DNA from: Minisyncoccota bacterium
GTDB lineage: Bacteria; Patescibacteriota; Minisyncoccia; Phycocordibacterales; UBA9973
Direction of reading: 5' to 3'
Assembly: GCA_041666045.1 (NCBI GenBank)
Contig: JBAYHR010000004.1
Coordinates: forward strand, 4,996 to 68,995
DNA: 64,000 nt
Shown here: in pieces, positions 29,617-38,005 of the stretch
How positions within the stretch are numbered: the first letter of the stretch is position 1
How the letters are laid out: the number at the start of each line of letters is the position of its first letter
The notes under the pieces: generated by a model
Database searches by the model: none
What the model was told of the DNA's origin: nothing
Seen by the model: the letters and a program-made list of their open reading frames with translations, nothing else
Position numbers and translations under genes: made by a program

Positions 29617-30120
29617 TTAATCAAAATTGTATTTGCTCTTTATTTCTTTTACTTTAGCAGAAAGAAGTTCGTCTTTTTTTTCAACTGCACTAAATTCAGA
29701 ACAAAGTTTATTTGCTAAATCTCTTTCCTGAATTAACCAATCTTTAAACTTTTGGGAAGTTTGATTATCAGTGTACTTTAAGTCAAGAGAATACAGGAAT
29801 GTACTCGAGCTTGCATATAAATATTGCTCCAATAAAATCCATTGACATCTATCTAATGTATCAAGTCTATGTTTAATTTCGGCTTTTACCTGAAAAACAG
29901 ATTTACCCAACAATTTGAATTTGAAATTTTCTTTGCAAATGGAATCAAAATTATTGACTAAATTAGTGTAATAGTTGTACACAAATTTATAATTACGCAA
30001 AGCAACTTCACATTGTTTTTTCCTTATCAACATTGAATCAATAAATTGCTGCTCGGTCATTTGTGCTGAGCAAAAGAAAGATAGTGTCATAAGAGACACA
30101 AGAAACATTAATTTTTTCAT
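29617..30120 (-). CDS. Hypothetical secreted protein
   Basis: Signal peptide MKKLMFLVSLMTLSFFCSAQ. Confidence 0.4.
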   Translation of the reverse strand: MKKLMFLVSLMTLSFFCSAQMTEQQFIDSMLIRKKQCEVALRNYKFVYNYYTNLVNNFDSICKENFKFKLLGKSVFQVKAEIKHRLDTLDRCQWILLEQYLYASSSTFLYSLDLKYTDNQTSQKFKDWLIQERDLANKLCSEFSAVEKKDELLSAKVKEIKSKYNFD

Positions 30121-30404
30121 AATTATTAAATTTAAGGTGAATTTATTCTGTGAATTATCTTAATCCCCATTAAGAAACTAGGATAATCCACCGAACAAAT
30201 ACCAACCCAAACCAATTTCAAAGAATCATATTTGGTTATATGATATAATATTTATAGTTATTTGTCAACAATGCTCCGAACTTTGGATAAAGTTCGAATT
30301 TTTGTCACTTTTACCACTTTTTTAAAGTGCACGAGACGCGTCGAAATAATATTATAAAAATAACCTTACAGGGTAAAGCACTGAAAAGTTCTAACTCGAG
30401 AACG

Positions 30405-30422
30405 CCAGCCAAAAAATAGAAT
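30405..30422 (+). repeat. 18-bp direct repeat CCAGCCAAAAAATAGAAT (copy 2)
   Basis: Exact match to the tRNA-Gln 3' end and flank. Confidence 0.6.
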
Positions 30423-30461
30423 TTGTTCGAATTCATAATTATTTTGTGATATAATTATCCT

Positions 30462-30884
30462 ATGAATGAAAACATGAACACAGGTTCAAATTCAGAAGAA
30501 ATAAAAGGACAACAAGAAAAAGAAAATTCTGAATTTTTAGCGAATTATCTTTTAAGACACCCCGAGCCAGTAATTTCTCCGGAAAGTTTAAGAGAAGCTG
30601 GGACAGAAATTATGGAATTAGAAGAAATGTTTATTTCATTTGAATTAAAACATTCTTTAGAAGAATTAAGTTCAATTATTGACCTTACTCCGGCAGATGC
30701 ACCAAATCATCCCGTACGAGAACCAGCAAAAGTTGCACTTATACCCATTGTTGCATTACTCAACACTTTAAAAAAAGAAACAAATATTTCTACTGAAAAA
30801 CACGAAGAATTAAAAGCAAAATATAAAAGACTATCAAGAGCTGTTGGAATGATAAATAATAATAAGGTTGACCACAATAGGTAA
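30462..30884 (+). CDS. Hypothetical protein
   Basis: ORF only. Confidence 0.35.
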   Translation: MNENMNTGSNSEEIKGQQEKENSEFLANYLLRHPEPVISPESLREAGTEIMELEEMFISFELKHSLEELSSIIDLTPADAPNHPVREPAKVALIPIVALLNTLKKETNISTEKHEELKAKYKRLSRAVGMINNNKVDHNR

Positions 30885-30885
30885 T

Positions 30886-31359
30886 TTAAACTTTATTTTT
30901 TAATGCATCACTAATTTTTGTAAAAATCTCTTTATTATTTTTATCTTCAATTATTTGATTAAAGAAATCACTTTGATCTTTTTCACTCATTTTACCATCT
31001 AAATATTCTTTAATACCTTTTAAAAAATTGAACTCCGCATATGCTTTCGATAAATCTGAATTTGTCTTGTTTATTTCTTCAATCCCCGTAAATTTAGATA
31101 AAACCAAAGCTGATTTAGCAGAAAACAACGCTTCTTTCATTTCTTTAGGATATTTCCCCACAAATTCAAGAAGTTTCTGTATTTCTCTTTTTGTTAAGGA
31201 AAAAATGTTTAACACACCATCTGCACTCTGACGAAGACGCTCTTCATCACTTTTTGTTATTTCAGTATTTTTTGCCTCAAGTTCTCTGCGACGCTCTTCA
31301 TATGGACGATCTTTTTCTTTTTTTATTTTTTCATAATTCCTAAATGTCTCAGTCCACAA
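30886..31359 (-). CDS. Hypothetical protein
   Basis: ORF only. Confidence 0.35.
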   Translation of the reverse strand: MWTETFRNYEKIKKEKDRPYEERRRELEAKNTEITKSDEERLRQSADGVLNIFSLTKREIQKLLEFVGKYPKEMKEALFSAKSALVLSKFTGIEEINKTNSDLSKAYAEFNFLKGIKEYLDGKMSEKDQSDFFNQIIEDKNNKEIFTKISDALKNKV

Positions 31360-31712
31360 GAATAATTTTCTGCAAGTTTTCCAGCATAATGTCTTTCAAT
31401 ATAATCTTTCATTTTAAAATTTTTCTCCATTTCACTCTCTATTTGCTTTTTTTGTTCATCTTTTGCATTTTTATTAATATAAATAAGATATTTTTCAATA
31501 ATATCTGCCAATTGTTTTACTTCTTCTTTTTCTTCTTGATTAGCATTTTGTAAAAAAACAAGTAATTCTTTTTCTGTATTAGAGAAAAATTCTCCAGAAT
31601 GTCGTTGCGCATATAAAAACCAAGCCATTCTTTCATAAAACTCATTTTTATCTTCAAAATTTTCATAACTTTCAAATCTATTCATGCATATATTATAACA
31701 GAAATAAGACAA
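31323..31712 (-). CDS. Hypothetical protein
   Basis: ORF only. Confidence 0.35.
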   Translation of the reverse strand: MSYFCYNICMNRFESYENFEDKNEFYERMAWFLYAQRHSGEFFSNTEKELLVFLQNANQEEKEEVKQLADIIEKYLIYINKNAKDEQKKQIESEMEKNFKMKDYIERHYAGKLAENYSCGLRHLGIMKK

Positions 31713-31724
31713 AACTAAAAAACA

Positions 31725-31756
31725 CTCCTCTTGGAGTGTTTTTTAGTTTTTAATCT
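31725..31756 (-). terminator. Rho-independent terminator downstream of cspA
   Basis: acactcc / ggagtgt stem with T-run. Confidence 0.7.
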
Positions 31757-31763
31757 TTAAAGA

Positions 31764-31967
31764 TTATGCACGTTGTACGTTTACTGCATTTAAACCTTTT
31801 GGAGATTCTTCTGTATCAAATGAGACAGCATCACCTTCTCGCAATTCTTCAAAAGAAACGCCTACGAGAGCATTAGTATGAAAAAATAAATCTTTTTCCA
31901 TACCTTCTGCTGAGATGAAACCAAAACCTTTATCTGATACCATTTTTTTTATTGTACCTGTAGCCAT
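31764..31967 (-). CDS. cspA: Cold-shock protein (CspA family)
   Basis: 67 aa; RNP1-like KGFGFI and FFH motifs. Confidence 0.9.
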   Translation of the reverse strand: MATGTIKKMVSDKGFGFISAEGMEKDLFFHTNALVGVSFEELREGDAVSFDTEESPKGLNAVNVQRA

Positions 31968-32098
31968 GATTTTTTAATTAGTTAATAATAGACAAAATAG
32001 AAAGATAGAAAATCGACTTATTTTTTTAATACTATTTGTTTTTTACACAACCATATTTGCACCAATGTGTCACAATACAGTATTCGATTGATAATAAT

Positions 32099-32350
32099 TT
32101 ACAAAACTTCAGCGTTTTGTGGAAGCCAGTCAATAACTTTCTTTCTGTGTTGATCTAGTGACCATTTATTCTTTCCTTTGAAAAAAGAAGCATGGCTTTC
32201 TTTAAATTTTATAAGTTGCGCTTCTGTCACTTTGGGAAAACTGGAAGGCATATTTTTATTAAAAGACACGAGAAACTCTGCGAGAGTTATATGTATTTCA
32301 TTTTCCTTAGGTCCTAGTGGTCGTTTTTTCAATAGCTTTAATGACTTCAT
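32099..32350 (-). CDS. Hypothetical protein
   Basis: ORF only. Confidence 0.3.
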   Translation of the reverse strand: MKSLKLLKKRPLGPKENEIHITLAEFLVSFNKNMPSSFPKVTEAQLIKFKESHASFFKGKNKWSLDQHRKKVIDWLPQNAEVL

Positions 32351-32403
32351 ACTTGCATGATATCACAATTTCATAAAAAAAGCAACGTTCTGTTAAAATT
32401 CCT

Positions 32404-32667
32404 TTAATCAAACTGCAAGACAATAATCCCTTTTTTTAAGATATCTTCTTTTTGACCAAAAAGATCTAAATCAAATTTCAAAACATAGTTAATATATTTT
32501 TCCATTTTTCTTCCTGTATATTCATTTTTACTTGCATCAAATTCTTCCAATATCAAAAGATCCCCTTCTTTTGCGTCAAATTCAGCTAAACGCAATTCAA
32601 ATTTCTTCTTACCTGACTTGATAAGTTCAAAATATTCTGGAGGAATTTTTTTTGTTATTATTGCCAT
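32404..32667 (-). CDS. DUF3850 / ASCH-like domain protein
   Basis: PEYFELIKSGKKKFELR ... EYTGR pattern typical of DUF3850. Confidence 0.45.
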   Translation of the reverse strand: MAIITKKIPPEYFELIKSGKKKFELRLAEFDAKEGDLLILEEFDASKNEYTGRKMEKYINYVLKFDLDLFGQKEDILKKGIIVLQFD

Positions 32668-32783
32668 CCCAGTACTAAAATTTTAAATTTTTATTAATAA
32701 TTTTCATTTCTTTTTTCTTTCTAATTATACTTATCATAATAACATTTACTTAAAAATTTAGTACGGGACAAGTCTTATAATTA

Positions 32784-34439
32784 TTACTTTTTCTTTTTAC
32801 CAACGCAAGCTTTTATAAAAGCTGAAAATAATGGATGTGGAGAAAGTGGACGAGCTAAAAATTCTGGATGAAATTGACTACCTACAAAAAATGGATGTTT
32901 ATTTTTTGGCAATTCAGCTATTTCCATTAAATGCCCTTCTGGTGAACGTCCTGAAAATACAAATCCTTTTGCTTCAAGCTCTCCAATAAATGCTGGATTA
33001 ACTTCGTAACGATGACGATGACGCTCTATTATTTCTTTTTTACCATAAGCATTGCGAGCTATCGTTCCATCACGAAGAATTGCCTTATAAGCACCAAGAC
33101 GCATGCTTCCTCCGTAAGAATTATTTTTTAAATGCTCTTTCTGAGATTCCATAATATCAATAACTATATTTTTTGAATCTGGATTTACTTCCCTAGTATT
33201 TGCATCCTTAAGATGCAAAACATTTCGCGCATATTCTATAACCATCATTTGCATTCCATAACACAAACCAAAATAAGGAATTTTATTTTCACGCGCAAAC
33301 TTTACAGATGAAATTATTCCTTCAACTCCACGAGAACCGAAACCTCCCGGCACAACTATGCCATCATATTTTTTAAGCTCCTTTAATTTGCTAGAATTTT
33401 TTTCAAAATCAACTGAATTTACCCAAGAAATTAACGGTTTTTTGTTTTGCATATAAGCAGAAAATTTTATCGCTTCAATCACTGAAAGATACGAATCGGA
33501 CAAAATAAAATCTCCTGTCTCAAAATATTTGCCAATCATTGCTATCTTTAAAGTATCCTTGCAATCGTGAGTTTTCTTTGCAAAATTTTTCCACTTACCC
33601 CAAGCTTTTTCATCTGCTTTTCGGCAAACAACTCCAAGTATTTCACAAAGTTTATTTGAAAGTTTTTCTTTTTCAAAATTAAGAGGTATATCATAAATAC
33701 TTTTCACATCAGGAGCTGAAATAATTCTATCAGGAATAAAATTACAAAGAAAAGAAAGTTTCTCTTTTCTTTTATCATCAAGACTAGTTGCCCCTCTTGC
33801 AATTAAAAAATCTGGCTGAATACCTGATGCATTAAGAGTTCTTACCGCATTTTGAGTAGGTTTTGTTTTCATCTCACCAATAGTATATGGTGTTGGCAAA
33901 TAAGAAACCATTACAAAAATAACATCTTTGGGAAATTCTATCTTCATCATTCTGGCAGCTTCTAAAAAGAGCATATTTTGATATTCACCGACAGTTCCAC
34001 CAATTTCAATTATAACAACATCAGCTTTGCTATTTTTTTGCGCAGTTTTAATTCTACGAATAACTTCAAGCGGAATATCTGGAACAACTTCCACATTCTT
34101 GCCTTTATATTCAAGATTTCTTTCTTTTTCTATAACAGTCTGATAAACCAAACCAGTAGTCATATAATTTATGCGAGTCAAATCAATATCTAAAAATCTT
34201 TCATAATTACCCATATCTTGATCTGTTTCATTTCCATCTTTCAAAACAAAAACTTCCCCATGTTCTGTTGGGTTCATAGTTCCAGCATCAACATTTATAT
34301 ATGGATCAATCTTTATTGAAGTTACTGAAAGACCGCGATTTTTTAAAATTAAACCAATAGAAGATGAAGTAATACCCTTTCCTACTCCAGAAATAACTCC
34401 CCCAACTACAAATATGTATTTGCAATTATCTTTTTTCAT
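32784..34439 (-). CDS. pyrG: CTP synthase
   Basis: GVISGVGKGITSSSIG; glutamine amidotransferase GLCYGMQ; 551 aa. Confidence 0.95.
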   Translation of the reverse strand: MKKDNCKYIFVVGGVISGVGKGITSSSIGLILKNRGLSVTSIKIDPYINVDAGTMNPTEHGEVFVLKDGNETDQDMGNYERFLDIDLTRINYMTTGLVYQTVIEKERNLEYKGKNVEVVPDIPLEVIRRIKTAQKNSKADVVIIEIGGTVGEYQNMLFLEAARMMKIEFPKDVIFVMVSYLPTPYTIGEMKTKPTQNAVRTLNASGIQPDFLIARGATSLDDKRKEKLSFLCNFIPDRIISAPDVKSIYDIPLNFEKEKLSNKLCEILGVVCRKADEKAWGKWKNFAKKTHDCKDTLKIAMIGKYFETGDFILSDSYLSVIEAIKFSAYMQNKKPLISWVNSVDFEKNSSKLKELKKYDGIVVPGGFGSRGVEGIISSVKFARENKIPYFGLCYGMQMMVIEYARNVLHLKDANTREVNPDSKNIVIDIMESQKEHLKNNSYGGSMRLGAYKAILRDGTIARNAYGKKEIIERHRHRYEVNPAFIGELEAKGFVFSGRSPEGHLMEIAELPKNKHPFFVGSQFHPEFLARPLSPHPLFSAFIKACVGKKKK

Positions 34440-34453
34440 AAAAATCTATGATC

Positions 34454-35413
34454 TTATTTATTTAAATATCTTCTAACTGCAAGGAAAGAAGAAAGCATTC
34501 CTAACATAACTCCTGATAATAAAACTATTCCCGAGATTTGAAAAAAATTTGAAAGATAATAATCGTATAAGTTAAGACCTAGAAAATCTGTCATATTATT
34601 GCCAAGCCAAATTGTTACAGGCAAATATAAAATTAATGTTATCGCTGTGGCAATAAAACCATAAATTGCGCCTTCAATGACAAAAGGTCCGCGAACTTGC
34701 ATTTTACTTGCGCCAACAAGACGCATTATGCCTATCTCTTCTCTAGAAATAAAAATGGCAAGACGAATAGTATTGAAAGTAATAACTAAAGAAATAATTA
34801 TTAAAATAAAAGTAATAATAAATCCTAATTTTTGAGAACCAGCAATAATTGAATTTAATCTATCTATAACTAATTTATTTTGATGATAATTTACTTTATC
34901 TATTATAGATGCAGAACCAAGCACAAGCGCATTATCAGACTTCATAAAATTTGCAATAGTCTCATATTGAGAAACTTCTTTTGCTTTTACATTAAGATAT
35001 CCTCCTAAAGGATTGTCTTTTATTTCATCAAGAGCTTGAATCGTAGGATAATCATTTGAGTGACGTTCACGGAAAAGTTTAAGCGCTTCTTCATCCGAAG
35101 TATAAGAAACTTGAGCTACTTCTGGTAATTTTTCAAGAGATGCTTTTAAAGCTAAAATTTTATCTTCTGAAGAACCAACATTAAAATAAATTGTCACATC
35201 AACTTTATTTTTAATCTGATCTAAAGAAGAATACAATACCGCGTGTAAAAATATTATTGTTGCTATAACAGATAAAGTGATAGTTGTGACCAAAACAGCC
35301 GCCCATGAAATAATCCCATTTCTTTTAAAATTCACAAAACCTGATTTTATAATTCTTCTTAATCCAGTCATCCCATTAAAAATTTTAATTAATAAGCTTA
35401 ATCTTCTAACCAA
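34454..35413 (-). CDS. ftsX: Cell division permease FtsX
   Basis: FtsX topology with four TM helices; adjacent to ftsE. Confidence 0.8.
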   Translation of the reverse strand: MVRRLSLLIKIFNGMTGLRRIIKSGFVNFKRNGIISWAAVLVTTITLSVIATIIFLHAVLYSSLDQIKNKVDVTIYFNVGSSEDKILALKASLEKLPEVAQVSYTSDEEALKLFRERHSNDYPTIQALDEIKDNPLGGYLNVKAKEVSQYETIANFMKSDNALVLGSASIIDKVNYHQNKLVIDRLNSIIAGSQKLGFIITFILIIISLVITFNTIRLAIFISREEIGIMRLVGASKMQVRGPFVIEGAIYGFIATAITLILYLPVTIWLGNNMTDFLGLNLYDYYLSNFFQISGIVLLSGVMLGMLSSFLAVRRYLNK

Positions 35414-35447
35414 GTCCCATGAATTTTTAACGGGACAAGTATGTTAA

Positions 35448-36128
35448 TTATATAATATATTTACCATCTTTGTCATCACGAATAATTTTTCCTTTTTCCA
35501 TAGTAACAACCCTTTTACCAATTGAATCAATAACACCACGATTATGCGTAGTTAAAATAATCGTCGTGCCTAAATCATTTATTTTCTTTAAAATTTGAAT
35601 AACTTCATAAGTATTGACTGGGTCTAAATTGCCAGTTGGTTCATCGGCAATAATAAGCTCCGGTTGATTAATAATAGCACGCGCTATAGCAAGCCTTTGT
35701 TGTTCACCTCCAGACATTTGATGGGGAAAATGAGAAATTCTGTTCCCCAAATCAACAAGTTCTAAAACATGAGGCACATCTGTTGCTATTTCTTCTCTAG
35801 TTTTTCCTACAGCCTCCATTGCAAAAGCAATATTTTCATACGCTGTCTTATTAGAAAGTAATTTAAAATCTTGAAATACTGCGCCAATACGACGACGAAG
35901 CTTTGTTAAATCCTTACTTTTTAACTTATGCACATTAACAGATTCAAAAAAAACGCTTCCATTGCTTGGACGCTCATCTGCCATAATCATTTTAACAAGA
36001 GTTGTCTTGCCTGCGCCAGAATGCCCAACAATAGATACGAATTCACCAGCAGTTACCGTCAAGCTAACATCGTCCATCGCTATTGAATCTCTATTATAAA
36101 TTTTTGAAACATTATTAAAATAAATCAC
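35448..36128 (-). CDS. ftsE: Cell division ATP-binding protein FtsE
   Basis: Walker A GHSGAGKTTL, ABC signature LSGGEQQR, Walker B IIADEPT; GTG start after an AAGGA RBS. Confidence 0.9.
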   Translation of the reverse strand: MIYFNNVSKIYNRDSIAMDDVSLTVTAGEFVSIVGHSGAGKTTLVKMIMADERPSNGSVFFESVNVHKLKSKDLTKLRRRIGAVFQDFKLLSNKTAYENIAFAMEAVGKTREEIATDVPHVLELVDLGNRISHFPHQMSGGEQQRLAIARAIINQPELIIADEPTGNLDPVNTYEVIQILKKINDLGTTIILTTHNRGVIDSIGKRVVTMEKGKIIRDDKDGKYII

Positions 36129-36140
36129 ATCCTTAGTTTA

Positions 36141-36169
36141 TCACAAATTCCTTTCTGCTTCAATAAACA
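36141..36169 (-). repeat. 29-bp direct repeat TCACAAATTCCTTTCTGCTTCAATAAACA (copy at RT 3' end)
   Basis: Identical to 39904-39932 at the prfB 3' end; encodes FIEAERNL plus TGA on the minus strand. Confidence 0.85.
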
Positions 36170-37163
36170 TACTAAGTTTATACCCATTCCCATGCCCCAG
36201 CATCCCCAAATACGAAGCAATGGTATTAGGTTTTTGATTATTCTTTAAATTCCTAAACATCCTTTTCTTTGTGCTATTTCGTAATACTCTGTGTTTAGGA
36301 AAATGTACCCAGCCTAAGAAATCCACACCTGAATAAATAGTTTTAATAAAAACTTTATCTGGATGCATAGTTAATTTTAATTCATTTTCTAAAAACTCTT
36401 TCATTTGTTCTAAAATATTTTCCAAATAATTTTTGTCTTGCGATAATATAACAAAATCATCAGCGTATCTTATATAATATTTCACTTTCAATTTATGTTT
36501 TACAAATTGATCAAATTCATTCATATAGATATTTACAAGGAGTTGAGAAGTTAAATTACCCAAAGGCAAACCTTTTGAAAGTGACACAAACTCTGCCATG
36601 GCAGAGTTTGTGTCACTTGTATAAAAACTATCTATAATATTATCTAAAAGCCAAATGATATCTTTATCTTTTATAAATTTTACTAAAATACTTTTTAAAA
36701 TATTATGATCAATACTCGCAAAGAATTTTTTAATATCACATTTTAAAACCCAACAGGTTTTTGAATTATTTTTACTAACTTTGCGAAAATAATCCCTAAA
36801 CTTATTCATTCCCTTATGAGTACCTTTCCATTTACGGCAAGAATATGAATCACTGATAAATTTTGAATCAAAGAAAAAATACATTTTTTGATAAAGAGCG
36901 TGATGCAATATCCTGTCACAAACAATGGCTTTATGTATATCACGAGGTTTTGGATCAGAAATTTTAAAAGCATAATATCCTGAATGTTTATAATTTTTTG
37001 TTTTTAAATCATTGTGAAGTTTTAATAAATTTTCCATTAAATTTCTTTGCCAAATTTGAACATCTTTTTTATTTGATTTTTCGCTCCTAAAATTTTTCCA
37101 CGCCAAAAGTAAATTTTCCAAAGATATGATATCATTGTAACTATGAATAAAAGTTTTTATCAT
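36141..37163 (-). CDS. Diversity-generating retroelement reverse transcriptase
   Basis: RT motifs including YIRYADDFVIL (YxDD) and the DGR-specific LGxxxSQ (LPLGNLTSQ); 340 aa; the last 8 codons are shared with prfB. Confidence 0.85.
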   Translation of the reverse strand: MIKTFIHSYNDIISLENLLLAWKNFRSEKSNKKDVQIWQRNLMENLLKLHNDLKTKNYKHSGYYAFKISDPKPRDIHKAIVCDRILHHALYQKMYFFFDSKFISDSYSCRKWKGTHKGMNKFRDYFRKVSKNNSKTCWVLKCDIKKFFASIDHNILKSILVKFIKDKDIIWLLDNIIDSFYTSDTNSAMAEFVSLSKGLPLGNLTSQLLVNIYMNEFDQFVKHKLKVKYYIRYADDFVILSQDKNYLENILEQMKEFLENELKLTMHPDKVFIKTIYSGVDFLGWVHFPKHRVLRNSTKKRMFRNLKNNQKPNTIASYLGMLGHGNGYKLSMFIEAERNL

Positions 37164-37176
37164 TCTTCTGATATTA

Positions 37177-37187
37177 CCCCCCCCCCC
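37177..37187. repeat. C11 homopolymer in the 31-bp divergent RT/avd intergenic region
   Basis: Direct reading; striking in a ~30% GC genome. Confidence 0.8.
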
Positions 37188-37194
37188 GACGATT

Positions 37195-37545
37195 TTGCCA
37201 GTTATGCAAAGGGTAAAAACTGTGTATATCCTATGGTTTGAATATTATAAAAAATTAGAAAAAACACACAAATACACGCTTGGTCAAAAAATTGATAATT
37301 TATTTATAGAAATAATAGAAGCCGTATCAATTGCCACATTTTTAGATAAAACAGAAAAACAACCCTGGATAAGACTTGCAATACGGAAATTAGATACAAT
37401 AAAAATACTTTTAATGATACTTTGGGAAACAAAATCTCTTGATAATAAAAAATATATAAACATTTCCAAACCAATAGATGAAATAGGCAGAATGCTCGGT
37501 GGTTGGAATGGACAGCTTACAAAACAAAACTCTCCCAATAAATAG
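37195..37545 (+). CDS. avd: DGR accessory variability determinant (Avd, four-helix-bundle protein)
   Basis: 116 aa basic protein; C-terminal IDEIGRMLGGWNGQL matches the Avd/TIGR02436 EVGRILGSWI region; helical pattern. Confidence 0.7.
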   Translation: MPVMQRVKTVYILWFEYYKKLEKTHKYTLGQKIDNLFIEIIEAVSIATFLDKTEKQPWIRLAIRKLDTIKILLMILWETKSLDNKKYINISKPIDEIGRMLGGWNGQLTKQNSPNK

Positions 37546-37563
37546 GGAGAGAAATGAAAAGAG

Positions 37564-37696
37564 TTGCGAGAGAGAAAAACAAAGCGATTGTTGCCACTCC
37601 ACTTGTTGTCTAAATTCCCATTATTGTTGTTAAGCCACAACCCATCGTTATTGCATTCCACATTGAAAATCCTAGGATTGCCATCGCGATCAGTAT
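37564..37696 (-). repeat. DGR template repeat (TR)
   Basis: 133-bp direct repeat of the VR; differs from the VR only at positions that are A on the sense (minus) strand. Confidence 0.85.
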
Positions 37697-38005
37697 ATAT
37701 AAACTATCATCTATGCCACCACCCTTAGAATGCTCTCCGGGTTGAATTTTATTTAGTATCTAAAATACTTCAATAGTTTATACCAAGTAATTTCATTTTT
37801 TAATGAAGTGTCTGCACACATTACACTATTTTTAATCTTAATTAAAAATATTCTGAATGCATGGATACTGGATTCGGTAGTGAAAAACCTTAATCTTTCA
37901 CATATTCACCTACTACCATTTTTATTTTATCATACTTTTTTTAAAAAAATTCAAAGTTCAAAAATCAAAGAGTCAAAAGAATTCTAAATTGCAAAATCCT
38001 AAGTT

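Noticed and set aside
37284-37661. 125-aa minus-strand ORF (MECNNDGLWLNNNNGNLDNKWSGNN...)
   Set aside because: It is the DGR template repeat read in the VR frame and it runs antisense through avd. It is a translation of a non-coding TR, not a gene.
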